A stretch of DNA of 64,000 nt from Acidobacteriota bacterium (GTDB lineage: Bacteria; Acidobacteriota; UBA890; WLXD01), in contig CAXWPH010000015.1 of NCBI GenBank assembly GCA_963666055.2, positions 1,888,001 to 1,952,000 of the forward strand, written 5' to 3'. This document shows, piece by piece, positions 1 through 9,313 of this stretch (position 1 is the stretch's first letter; the number at the start of each line of letters is the position of its first letter). A program made the translations under genes and the position numbers. Below the pieces are notes generated by a model, which was not told the DNA's origin, searched no databases, and was given only the letters and a program-made list of their open reading frames with translations.

Positions 1-279
1 GTACGCCTGCCGGTGCCCGATCTTGCGCCGGTAGCCCTTGCGACGCTTCTTCTTGAACGCCAGCAGCTTCTGCCCACGACCGACCTCCACCACCGTCGCT
101 TCAACGCTGGCACCGTCGACTATCGGTGTACCGATGTGCACCTGATCATCCGCTGCCACCAGGCTGACTGCATCGATCGACACTTTGGTGCCGACATCGT
201 CGCCGAGAAGCTCGACGCGCAGGACATCGCCCTTGGCTACTCGATACTGCTTTCCACCGGTGTTGATGACGGCGTACAT
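1..279 (-). CDS. rplU: 50S ribosomal protein L21 (3' end runs off the window)
   Basis: Absent from the ORF track. Manual reverse translation from ATG at 279 gives MYAVINTGGKQYRVAKGDVLRVE...FKKKRRKGYRRKIGHRQAY, the typical bL21 signature. Confidence 0.97.
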   Translation of the reverse strand, partial: MYAVINTGGKQYRVAKGDVLRVELLGDDVGTKVSIDAVSLVAADDQVHIGTPIVDGASVEATVVEVGRGQKLLAFKKKRRKGYRRKIGHRQAY

Positions 280-434
280 CTGACCAATCCGATCGTGGGC
301 CGGGAGGAGACTCTGGCTGGGAAGACTCTATGGGCGGCTGGAAAGCGCTCGCGGGGCACAAGGCGGCCCCGCCAGAAGAGCTGATCCGTCCCGGCGCGGC
401 TGCGGGCGCGCAGGGTACCGAGACGCGAGCGCTC

Positions 435-464
435 ATTGTAGGGTGAGTCGCCGCCAGCGGGCAA
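435..464 (-). promoter_or_regulatory. putative sigma70 promoter for rplU (TTGCCC-N18-TACAAT)
   Basis: Minus strand reads TTGCCC (464-459), an 18-nt spacer, then TACAAT (440-435), about 155 nt upstream of the rplU ATG. Confidence 0.5.
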
Positions 465-540
465 GCCGCCTGGCCGCCGCATGGTCTCCGACCAGGCTGT
501 TAGTAGGCAGGCGCCGGTACCGGCGAGCGGCCCGCTAGTT

Positions 541-1323
541 TTAGTTTTGGTCGCCCCCCATGGCGAGGCGCTCCAGCGCGCGCTCGCGCGCCTCGAGCCT
601 CTCGAAATGACGGTTCAGCTCGTTGATCTGGTCTTGAAGCGACTCCATGTCGAGGCGTGCATGCGAGAGTTCGTAGACCAGGTTGTGGAGCAAGTGCAGC
701 TGCGTCTCGTGGCGCCCCTCGAGCTGACCGGTCATCTGCGACAGGTGCCCGCCGACCCAATCGGCGGTGCGATCGATCCGATCGTCCAAGGAGTCCTTCA
801 GCCGATCGGCAGCCTCGCGTGTCTCTCGTACTGCGGCTCGCCGCAACTCGTTCGATTGGTCCTGTCGACGCATCTCGTCGAGCAGCTGCACGAGCACGTG
901 CTCGAGGTTGCTCGACGTACGGAGCACCGGCCGTAGCACGCGGCGCAGCAGGCCCACCAGGCGACCCTTCAACCCGGCGCTTCCAGACGTGTAGAGGTCG
1001 CGCGCCGGGTTGATGTCCGCCGACGGGGCAGGCTTCAGGTCGGCGACCGTCGCCGACGCCGCGGCGCCGACCGGCGAGCGCGCCGGCCCCGAGCCAGGCG
1101 GCGAACCCACAGACGGCAATTTGCCGCGTACCTGCGGCATCTCTTCGAGCACGCCGTACGACAAATGAAGGCGTTCTAAACGCGGGCGCAGCGCCGCGCG
1201 GCGCAGCAGTTCCAGTTCGCCCGCGGTGTAGCGCGTGCCCGTTTTCTCTGCGATCCGCGCTTCGACCTGCGCTTCGAGCGCCTCTACGTCGATCTCCGGA
1301 TCATCGATCCTGAAGCGACCCAA
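541..1323 (-). CDS. hypothetical coiled-coil protein resembling the N-terminal module of glycan chain-terminator methyltransferases
   Basis: 260-aa ORF with TTG start. IDVEALEAQVEARI N-terminus, amphipathic GRLVGLLRRVLRPVL, long heptad-rich C-terminus. Confidence 0.75.
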   Translation of the reverse strand: MGRFRIDDPEIDVEALEAQVEARIAEKTGTRYTAGELELLRRAALRPRLERLHLSYGVLEEMPQVRGKLPSVGSPPGSGPARSPVGAAASATVADLKPAPSADINPARDLYTSGSAGLKGRLVGLLRRVLRPVLRTSSNLEHVLVQLLDEMRRQDQSNELRRAAVRETREAADRLKDSLDDRIDRTADWVGGHLSQMTGQLEGRHETQLHLLHNLVYELSHARLDMESLQDQINELNRHFERLEARERALERLAMGGDQN

Positions 1324-1339
1324 GCTTGGCCTCCGCCGG

Positions 1340-4294
1340 TCAGAACAACGGACCGAGGTAGAACTGAAAGTCCGGGCCGCCGAAGAAGTCCTTGCCGTTG
1401 GTGCGCTGCGCCCAGAAGAACCACAATGGTAGGCCCATCAGGTTGATGTTGAGCCCGACCCCGACCGAGCCCCGGGCATCCGCCAGACGGCCGTCCTCAA
1501 ACAGCTGGAAGTCGTCATCCCTGAACCACGCCCCACCGACGTCGGCAAAAATCAGGCCGCGAATGTTGCGCAGCGCCATCTGACCGCCACGCGCCTCGTA
1601 AATCAGCGGGAAGCGGTACTCCAGGTTCACCAGGAAAGCACGGTTGCCGGAGAAGCGCAGGTAGTCGTAGCCGCGTAACTGATTCAGGCCACCTATGAAG
1701 AAAACCGTCGGATGTTCCCCGAAGCTGCCCGAGCCCCAGAGCCGCACCGCGAGTTGGCTGTCCTTGGTCACCTGGAAATACTGCCTGATGTCGATCTCGG
1801 CGTTGTAGAACCTCAAGCTCCCGACCGCCGGCGATGTCTCGAATCCAATGCTGACCCGGCGTCCGGCATACGGCCCGTACTCCTTGAATCGGGCCTTGTC
1901 GCCGATGAACTTGACGCCGATCGGCATGTAGGTGCCGCTGTGGAAATTGTCGGCGAACGTCGACAGTGTTCCGCCGGTGCCCTCGAGCAGGAACGCCGAG
2001 GGTATATAGTCGCGGTCGTAGTACCCGACCGACAACTCGACGCGCCAGTCACGACTGAACGGGTAGTCGGCAAACAGCTCGCCGCCATCCAGTCCGAAGA
2101 TCGAGTTGCGATCGAGAGTGCCGTTCGCCGGGTCGAACGTGAAGAAGAACGATCGCTGGCTGGTTGCCAGCGCACCCCAGTTCCAGCGTTTCGACTGGTT
2201 TCGGTAGACACCCGTGTAGTTACGCTGACTCTGTATCGAGCCGAGAATCGCCGTAAAGCTGTGGTTGCCGAGCAGGTCCTGCATCTCGATGTACGTATTG
2301 GCGAGCACCGTGCCGCCAGCAATACCGCTGGAGTAACCGCCAGCGACCTGGATGCGGGAAATGTGCCAGCCGCCGCCGGTCGACTGGGTGCGGTTTTGAT
2401 CGCTAAGCTCGACGTCGGCGATCGCCGCCGCTTCCATCTCCAGCCGGTCGATCTCCTCGTCCGGCAGTGCCTCGTCCACGGCGACAAACTGCTCCACCGC
2501 CTCGGGTATCTCCATGGTGTAGAGCTCGTATGTTCCATCTCCGTAGTTGCTGAACAAGAGCCTGTTCGTGCCCGGCAGCTCCTGGGGGGAAAACGTGCCG
2601 TGGAGAATATTCGTGTACCGGTAGACGGTCTCGGACGCGAGCTCGATCGAGTACAGGTTGTGCTCGCCGGTGCGATCGGAGACGAAGTACACCCTCGAGC
2701 CGTCTTTCGAGAAGCTCGGCTGCGTGTCGTTATAGCGGCCGAACGTCAGCTGCACACGCTGCTGCGGCCGTGCCAGGTCGATCCGGAAGAGCTTCTTGGC
2801 GCCCAGTACATGCGAGGCGAACACGATGCTTCGACCGTCCGGTGACCAAACCGGCGCGTAATCGTAGAATTCATCCTGCGTCAGGTTGGCCAGTGTGTCG
2901 TTCGACGGGTCATACAGGTAGATGTCGCGTACGCCGTTGCGGTGGGCGCCGAAGACAATGCGGCCGTCCGGCCCGATGCTCGGTGAAAGTGCCTGATCAA
3001 GCTCGGTTTTGAACTTCTTGCTCACCTTGCCGTTCTCGGCATCGATCAAGAAAAGCGTGCGTGTCGGCGGGGTCCGGGCGAAGAACGCGATGGTGCTGCC
3101 GTCCGGCGACCATGACAGATCATTGCCCGCCTGGAAGCCGACAGTCACACCCTGACCGACAACGTACTCGAACTCTCCCTGATGCCCCCCGGTCAGGTTA
3201 CGTATGGGCCGGCCTGTGGCCAGGTCGAACGTAAAGGCTTCGATCTGCAGCGTTTTCTTGTTGAGGGTGATCGCCGCAAAACTGTCGCCATCGGGCGATA
3301 CCACTGGGCTGAACGCCAGCTGCCGGTCCTGGAAGGGTACGTCGCGCATCACGTTGTGTGCGAAATCAGGCGCCTCCTGGCGGTCGAGCACGTTCGGCAG
3401 ATAGCGCTCGCGCAGCCAGGCGCGAAAATCGTTGTTGAACTCCTGCGGCGTGATGTTGAAGGCACGCTCGAGATCGCGCTCCACATCCTGCCCGAGATCG
3501 CGCCGCAACTCTGCCAGGAAGATCCGCATTCCCTCCTCGCCGTACTCCGCCTCGATGTAGTGCCAGACGACCTCGCCGAGCACGTAATCGGTGAAGAAGC
3601 TGCGATTGTGGGTCATCTGGACGAGCGTCGGAATGTCGTCGGAGAGCACAACATCGCGCAGCATCATCTCGTCGAGCGATGTCAGGTCGTCCGATACGTA
3701 CTCGGCGAAGCCCTCCATCACCCAGCCCGGAGGCGACGCGCGCATCGCGGCACCGAGGCGATTGCCGAAGAAGTAGTCGAACTCGAACAGGTGGGTTACT
3801 TCATGGACGATGAGCTTGTGCAGCGCGTCGGGCGGATCATCCACCGGAAGCACCAGCCGATTCTCGGTGGGCTCAGCGAACGCCGCGACGCCTTCCGGCA
3901 GGAAGAACGGCAGGATGTGCGTCTGCTGAAAATCCTGGTGGGTCTGGTAGAAAATGATCGGCATCCGCTCCGACATTTGATGGTTCATCTTGCGGGCGAT
4001 GCGCTGGTACGCATCCTCGGCATACGCCACCACGTCGTCGAGATGCTGCTCTTCTTCGGGGTAGTAATAGACGTCGAAGTGAGGCGCCGTGTACTTCCAG
4101 AAGTCGAACGACTCGTAGGTGACCTTGTTTCTACCGAAGTAGCTGCTGTAGGGGGTGTTGATCATCTGTCCCGCGGCTTGCGGGGCCAGAACGACCAACA
4201 GGCCCAGGGCGAGCGCCGCAGTGACGGTGGCGCGCGCCACCGGCCGCGTCGCAGTGCTCGAGAGAACCTGGCTGTGGGCTTTCGGAGTAGGCAT
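1340..4294 (-). CDS. Omp85/BamA-superfamily barrel protein with N-terminal HEXXH metallopeptidase-like domain and PD40/TolB-like beta-propeller
   Basis: Signal peptide; HEVTH then WVMEGFAEY; repeated SPDG/WSPDG/FSKDG PD40 motifs; C-terminal IGG..LRGY, NLEYRFP, FADVG and terminal Phe typical of Omp85 barrels. Confidence 0.85.
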   Translation of the reverse strand: MPTPKAHSQVLSSTATRPVARATVTAALALGLLVVLAPQAAGQMINTPYSSYFGRNKVTYESFDFWKYTAPHFDVYYYPEEEQHLDDVVAYAEDAYQRIARKMNHQMSERMPIIFYQTHQDFQQTHILPFFLPEGVAAFAEPTENRLVLPVDDPPDALHKLIVHEVTHLFEFDYFFGNRLGAAMRASPPGWVMEGFAEYVSDDLTSLDEMMLRDVVLSDDIPTLVQMTHNRSFFTDYVLGEVVWHYIEAEYGEEGMRIFLAELRRDLGQDVERDLERAFNITPQEFNNDFRAWLRERYLPNVLDRQEAPDFAHNVMRDVPFQDRQLAFSPVVSPDGDSFAAITLNKKTLQIEAFTFDLATGRPIRNLTGGHQGEFEYVVGQGVTVGFQAGNDLSWSPDGSTIAFFARTPPTRTLFLIDAENGKVSKKFKTELDQALSPSIGPDGRIVFGAHRNGVRDIYLYDPSNDTLANLTQDEFYDYAPVWSPDGRSIVFASHVLGAKKLFRIDLARPQQRVQLTFGRYNDTQPSFSKDGSRVYFVSDRTGEHNLYSIELASETVYRYTNILHGTFSPQELPGTNRLLFSNYGDGTYELYTMEIPEAVEQFVAVDEALPDEEIDRLEMEAAAIADVELSDQNRTQSTGGGWHISRIQVAGGYSSGIAGGTVLANTYIEMQDLLGNHSFTAILGSIQSQRNYTGVYRNQSKRWNWGALATSQRSFFFTFDPANGTLDRNSIFGLDGGELFADYPFSRDWRVELSVGYYDRDYIPSAFLLEGTGGTLSTFADNFHSGTYMPIGVKFIGDKARFKEYGPYAGRRVSIGFETSPAVGSLRFYNAEIDIRQYFQVTKDSQLAVRLWGSGSFGEHPTVFFIGGLNQLRGYDYLRFSGNRAFLVNLEYRFPLIYEARGGQMALRNIRGLIFADVGGAWFRDDDFQLFEDGRLADARGSVGVGLNINLMGLPLWFFWAQRTNGKDFFGGPDFQFYLGPLF

Positions 4295-4314
4295 GGCGAA
4301 GAGCCTCCCTGGGC

Positions 4315-5427
4315 TCAGTAGATCAAGTAGCGACTCTGCTCCGAGCGTCGCGGCGTGATGGCATCGAGGAGCTGAGGCAGCAGTTGCTCGAAGGCCTCGA
4401 AAACAGCGTCCGAATTCGAGACGGATTCGTCGGCGGGAAATGAAGTCTCGGCTTCGACCGTTCCCTCGAGGAGCCTGGAGCCATCCTCGCCGCGGAGCAC
4501 GAGATAGTCGTAGGTGAGCTTGTAGGCAACGTTGTCCTGGAACCGAGCGACTTCGCGTATCTCGCCGTCAGGGGAACGGATGCGCTCGCGCACCATCTCG
4601 GACCGGGGCTCGGTATTGAGGCCGATCGAGCCGGTGAGAATCAGATCTGCGCCGGCTTCCTCGGCACGCGCTACCCAGAAAGCAGCGTCGTCCAAGATGA
4701 CAGCGCTTCGGTGCGCTGGATCCAGCGGCTGCCCCAGCTGATCCTGTGTCTCGAAGAAGGTGCGCTGCGTAATGCGGCGGCGCAAGTATCGTACGGCAAC
4801 GTCGTTGAGGTTGGCCTCTGAATCGTCGCGCGGCACGAAGTTGCCGATGAGGATGCGACTATAGCCAGCCAGATTGGGGCCCTGATCCGGGACCGAGATC
4901 ATGATCTCCAGAAACCCGAGCGTCGTCGGAGCCCCTGGATACTCCTGACTAACGATCCCTGTAGGCTCTTCCGCTGACGGATCCTCGTCGGCCGCCGCCG
5001 CGTCATCGGCCATCTCAACGGTATCTATCCGTTCCCAGATCGGCAAGAACTGGCCGTGGTTGCGCAGCACGTAGAAGCGCTCGTCGGGCTCGGCCAGGCT
5101 CAGAGCTCTGTCGTAATACTCCTTGGCTACATCGAACTCGCCCGCGCGCTCGAAGCGCACCGCCAGATTGTTGAGGGCGCGGGTGTTCACGCTGGCGACG
5201 GCGAGTGCCTTTTGCCAGCGGAACTCGGCCTCTTCCCAGTACCCTTGATCGGCGGCCGTCGCCCCCGCACGCGTCTGGTTGCCGGGCCTCTCCACCGGCG
5301 TCATGGCACAGGACACGCCGATACCCAAGGAAAGAACCGTCGCAGCAACAGCAACCGCCGACGCGCTCGAGTCGCGACGCGTTGCGGCTGGACGCCGATT
5401 CCTACTGGTCTCGCGATAGGGAGACAT
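4315..5427 (-). CDS. TPR-containing putative lipoprotein
   Basis: GGAGG RBS; hydrophobic leader ending GVSC; TPR-like helices (EEAEFRWQKAL, ALNNLAVRFERAGEFDVAKEYYDRAL); C-terminal alpha/beta domain (GADLILTGSI) reminiscent of CsgG/TolB_N folds. Confidence 0.75.
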   Translation of the reverse strand: MSPYRETSRNRRPAATRRDSSASAVAVAATVLSLGIGVSCAMTPVERPGNQTRAGATAADQGYWEEAEFRWQKALAVASVNTRALNNLAVRFERAGEFDVAKEYYDRALSLAEPDERFYVLRNHGQFLPIWERIDTVEMADDAAAADEDPSAEEPTGIVSQEYPGAPTTLGFLEIMISVPDQGPNLAGYSRILIGNFVPRDDSEANLNDVAVRYLRRRITQRTFFETQDQLGQPLDPAHRSAVILDDAAFWVARAEEAGADLILTGSIGLNTEPRSEMVRERIRSPDGEIREVARFQDNVAYKLTYDYLVLRGEDGSRLLEGTVEAETSFPADESVSNSDAVFEAFEQLLPQLLDAITPRRSEQSRYLIY

Positions 5428-5534
5428 AGGCCTCCAGCCTGTCGGACGAAGAGGGCGCAGGCAAGGCCGACTGCCATGCGGCGAGACGGCCTACCGAGGG
5501 GACCCGGGACATACTGGCGTGTTCGTCAGGATTG

Positions 5535-5564
5535 AGTCTACTGATTTCAAGCTCGCGCTCGCAA
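5535..5564 (-). promoter_or_regulatory. putative sigma70 promoter (TTGCGA-N18-TAGACT) for the TPR/Omp85 gene run
   Basis: Minus-strand hexamers at 5564-5559 and 5540-5535 in the divergent intergenic region. Confidence 0.35.
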
Positions 5565-5567
5565 GCG

Positions 5568-6554
5568 ATGCCCGTGCCCGGCGGCACACCGAGCACCTCG
5601 CGCGCCGTCGGTCGATGGCCGTCCCCTGGTGTTGTGAACAGCACACCGCGGCACCGTGAGGCATCGAGGGTGGAGAGCCCGGCACCGCCGAACACGACGA
5701 CCATCCACCGAGGTAGCCGCTCCTATCCCGCGCTTCTCGGCACCATTCCCGATCCGCCCGGCCTGCTGCACGTGCAGGGGCGGCTCGCCAGTCGCCCGTG
5801 TATCGCGGTGGTCGGCTCGCGCGCCTGTACTGCCTACGGTCGCAATGTAGCCACACGCCTCGCGGCGGATCTGGCGCGAGCCGGCATGGTCGTGGTCTCT
5901 GGGCTTGCGCGCGGCATTGACGTCGCCGCGCACCGCGGATGTCTGGATGCAGGGGGCGTGACCATCGCCGTGCTTCCTGGCGGACTGCTTCCGGTGTGCC
6001 CGCGGCAGCACCGCGCGCTGGCACGCCGAATCGCCGCTTCCGGAGCGCTGGTGGCTGAGCACGAGCCCGGGACCAAGGTCGCACGCTGGCACTTTCCCAA
6101 GCGCAACCGGATCATCGCCGCGTTGTCATGGGCAACGGTGGTGGTGGAGGCAGCGACCCGCAGCGGGGCGCGCATTACGGCCAATCTGGCGCTCGAGTAC
6201 GGTCGAGAAGTGCTGGTCGTGCCAGGTCCGATTACCTCCGCGACCTCGGCGGGTTGCCACGCGCTGCTCGCCGACGGCGCCCACCCATGTACGGGCATGG
6301 CCGATATCCTCGACCATCTGCCGGCAACCGTGACCGCCGATCTGCAACCTCCGACGCCGCCTCCGCTGCCCGCTGCGCACGACACCCCAGCAGGCGCGTT
6401 GCTCGAGTTGCTGTGCCGCCGGGGGGAGCTCAGCACATCGAAAGTCGCGGAGCTGCTCGGATGGTCGTTGGTCGACACGTTGGCAACCATAACCAGCCTC
6501 GAGTTGCGTGGGATGGTCCGCATACGGCCGGGCAACAGAATCGAGTCCTGCTAG
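5568..6554 (+). CDS. dprA: DNA-processing protein DprA (start uncertain)
   Basis: YPALLGTIPDPP, IAVVGSR, VVSGLARGID, FPKRNRIIAALS, VVEAATRSGARITA; C-terminal winged helix (LELRG); upstream of topA as usual. Confidence 0.95.
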   Translation: MPVPGGTPSTSRAVGRWPSPGVVNSTPRHREASRVESPAPPNTTTIHRGSRSYPALLGTIPDPPGLLHVQGRLASRPCIAVVGSRACTAYGRNVATRLAADLARAGMVVVSGLARGIDVAAHRGCLDAGGVTIAVLPGGLLPVCPRQHRALARRIAASGALVAEHEPGTKVARWHFPKRNRIIAALSWATVVVEAATRSGARITANLALEYGREVLVVPGPITSATSAGCHALLADGAHPCTGMADILDHLPATVTADLQPPTPPPLPAAHDTPAGALLELLCRRGELSTSKVAELLGWSLVDTLATITSLELRGMVRIRPGNRIESC

Positions 6555-6557
6555 ACT
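6549..6557 (+). promoter_or_regulatory. putative extended -10 element (TGcTAGACT) for topA, overlapping the dprA stop
   Basis: TG-n-TAGACT about 60 nt upstream of the topA ATG. Confidence 0.4.
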
Positions 6558-6616
6558 CAGCCGCCGCACGCATCCTCGTGCGCACTTCCTTCGGTGGGCT
6601 AGTATCAGAAACCGTC

Positions 6617-9259
6617 ATGACCACGCGCCTCGTTATCGTTGAATCGCCGACCAAGGCGAAGACTCTGTCGAAGTACCTCGGCCCGGAGTTCATCGTCGAG
6701 TCGAGCGTTGGCCATATCCGCGACTTGCCCGCCAACGCGGCGGAGATCCCCAAGCAGTACAAGGGAGAGTCCTGGGCGCGCCTCGGCGTTCAGGTCGACG
6801 ACGCGTTCAAGCCACTTTACGTCGTCCAGCCGGCGAAGAAGGCGACCATCGCCGAGCTCAAGCGTGCCCTCAAGGGAGCCGACGAACTGCTGCTCGCTAC
6901 CGATGAGGACCGCGAGGGCGAGGCGATCAGCTGGCACTTGATCGAGGTCCTCAAGCCCAAGGTCCCGGTGCGCCGCATGGTGTTCCACGAAATCACACGC
7001 CGTGCCGTACAGGCGGCGCTCGAGAACACCCGGGAGCTCAATTACAACCTGGTGGAAGCGCAGGAAGCGCGCCGCATCATCGACCGCCTCTACGGCTACT
7101 TGGTATCGCCGGTGCTGTGGCGCAAGGTCGCTCCGCGCCTCTCCGCCGGGCGCGTCCAGAGCGTCGCGATCCGCATGCTGGTGGAGCGCGAGCGCGCCCG
7201 GATGCGGTTCCGCGCCGCCGAATACTGGGACCTTACCGCCGAGTTCACAACCGGTGCCGGCGATACGTTTGACGGTCGACTCCAGACCCTCGAGGGCGCC
7301 CAGCTCGCTCGGAGTGCCAACTTCGATCCCGACACCGGCAAGCTGAAAGACGACGCCATCCGCATGCTGGATGCGCAAACAGCAGCGACGCTGGCCACGG
7401 AGCTCAAGAACGCTAGCTTCAGCATCGACGCGATGCACGAGCAGCCGTTCAAGCGGTCCCCGGCGCCGCCGTTTACCACCTCGACGCTGCAGCAGGAAGC
7501 CAACCGCAAGTTGCGCTTCCCCGCTCGCCGCACGATGCGCGCCGCACAGCGCCTCTACGAGAACGGCTTCATAACCTACATGCGGACCGACTCGGTGACG
7601 TTATCTAGCGAAGCGCTCGAGCAAACGCGTGCCAGCATCGCCGCTACGTACGGTCCCGAATTTCTGCCCGACGCGCCGCGCACCTATCGAAACAAGGTAA
7701 AGAACGCCCAGGAGGCCCACGAGGCCATACGTCCCGCCGGCCGCCGCATGGTGCCGGTCAATGAAGTGCGTTCGGCGCTGAGCGAGGACGAAGCGCGCCT
7801 CTACGACCTGATTTGGAAGCGGACGATGGCATCGCAGATGCCCGACTCCAAGGGACGCCGTATGACCGTCCACGTGACCGCCAGCGGCCCGCGAGACGCA
7901 CGATTCGTATCGCACGGCAGCGTTATCGACTTTCCTGGATTTCTGCGCGCCTATGTCGAGGGTCGTGCAGACCGCGAGGAGGCGCTCGCCGATCTCGACC
8001 GCCTCTTGCCACCGATGAATGTCGGCGAAGAAGTGCTCGCCACGCTCAGCACCGAGGACCATCACACCACACCGCGCCGCCGCCTTACCGAAGCAGGGCT
8101 AGTCAAAGCGCTCGAGGAATCTGGCATCGGGCGGCCGAGCACCTATGCCTCGATCATCGATACGATCGAGCGGCGCGAGTACACCTTCCACAAGGGCAAC
8201 GCGTTGGTGCCAACGTTCACCGCGTTTGCCGTGGTCAAGCTGATGCAGGAGCACCTCGGGCACCTCATCGACATCGATTTCACGGCGCGCATGGAAGATC
8301 GGCTCGACGGTATCTCACGCGGCGAGCACGAGCCGTTGCCGTATCTGAAGGAGTTCTATTTCGGCAACGGCATGCCCGGCCTGAAGTCGTTGATCGAGGA
8401 GAAGGTCGAGGAGATCGATCCTCGCCAGGTGTGCTCGATTCCGCTGGGCACTGATGACGCGGGCCGCGACATCGTGGTTCGCGTGGGGCGCTACGGGCCT
8501 TTCTTGCAGCGTGGCGATCTGACCGCCAACATCCCCGACAAGACCTGCCCGGACGAGCTCGTCGTGGAACGCGCCACCGAGCTCATCGACGAGGCCCAAA
8601 AGGGCGATGAGCCGATCGGGTCCCACCCCGAGTCTGGGCTCCCCGTATACGTAAAGCTGGGGCGCTACGGACCATACGTGCAGCTTGGCGACCCGGACCC
8701 CGACAGCACGACCAAGCCCAAGATGGTGTCGCTACTCAAGGGCATGTCGCCGCCCGAGGTCTCACTCGACATCGCCCTCGAGCTCCTGAAGTTGCCCAAG
8801 GTGGTCGGACAGGATGCTGATGGCGAGGACATCGTCGTCCACCTCGGCCGCTACGGCCCTTACATCAAGCGCGGCACCGATACCCGCAGCCTGACTGATG
8901 ACGATAGCGTGCTGAACCTACCGCTCCAGCGAGCGCTCGAGTTGTTGGCGCAGGAGAAGAGGCGCGGCCGCACCGCCGCCACCCAGATCAAGATCTTCGA
9001 GAATGTCGAGCAGCTGGGCGGCGCAAGCGTAAAGCTGCTCGCCGGTCGCTATGGACCCTACGTTACCGACGGCGAGATCAACGCATCCCTACCCAGGGAC
9101 ATGACCGAGCCGACCGAGCTGTCACTCGAGCAGGCCCTCGATCTGCTAGCACGACGTCGCGAGAGCGGACCGGTACGTCGGAAGAAGAAGAGTAAGAAGA
9201 AAGCGGCGCGGAAGGCCAAGAAAAAGACCAGCAAGAAGAAGGCGGCTAAGAAAGATTGA
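6617..9259 (+). CDS. topA: DNA topoisomerase I (type IA)
   Basis: LVIVESPTKAKT, ATDEDREGEAI, SAGRVQS, ITYMRTDS, GIGRPSTYA; four GRYGP C-terminal repeats and a Lys-rich tail. Start moved from 6128 to ATG 6617. Confidence 0.98.
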   Translation: MTTRLVIVESPTKAKTLSKYLGPEFIVESSVGHIRDLPANAAEIPKQYKGESWARLGVQVDDAFKPLYVVQPAKKATIAELKRALKGADELLLATDEDREGEAISWHLIEVLKPKVPVRRMVFHEITRRAVQAALENTRELNYNLVEAQEARRIIDRLYGYLVSPVLWRKVAPRLSAGRVQSVAIRMLVERERARMRFRAAEYWDLTAEFTTGAGDTFDGRLQTLEGAQLARSANFDPDTGKLKDDAIRMLDAQTAATLATELKNASFSIDAMHEQPFKRSPAPPFTTSTLQQEANRKLRFPARRTMRAAQRLYENGFITYMRTDSVTLSSEALEQTRASIAATYGPEFLPDAPRTYRNKVKNAQEAHEAIRPAGRRMVPVNEVRSALSEDEARLYDLIWKRTMASQMPDSKGRRMTVHVTASGPRDARFVSHGSVIDFPGFLRAYVEGRADREEALADLDRLLPPMNVGEEVLATLSTEDHHTTPRRRLTEAGLVKALEESGIGRPSTYASIIDTIERREYTFHKGNALVPTFTAFAVVKLMQEHLGHLIDIDFTARMEDRLDGISRGEHEPLPYLKEFYFGNGMPGLKSLIEEKVEEIDPRQVCSIPLGTDDAGRDIVVRVGRYGPFLQRGDLTANIPDKTCPDELVVERATELIDEAQKGDEPIGSHPESGLPVYVKLGRYGPYVQLGDPDPDSTTKPKMVSLLKGMSPPEVSLDIALELLKLPKVVGQDADGEDIVVHLGRYGPYIKRGTDTRSLTDDDSVLNLPLQRALELLAQEKRRGRTAATQIKIFENVEQLGGASVKLLAGRYGPYVTDGEINASLPRDMTEPTELSLEQALDLLARRRESGPVRRKKKSKKKAARKAKKKTSKKKAAKKD

Positions 9260-9313
9260 GCCCAGGCGTTGCGGTACCCCGCTCCCGAACTGCTCGGTCA
9301 TAGCTTCGAGCCG

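Noticed and set aside
13-384. 123-aa plus-strand ORF
   Set aside because: Antisense of rplU.
6128-6616. N-terminal extension of the topA ORF
   Set aside because: Overlaps dprA in another frame; the TOPRIM motif begins at ATG 6617.
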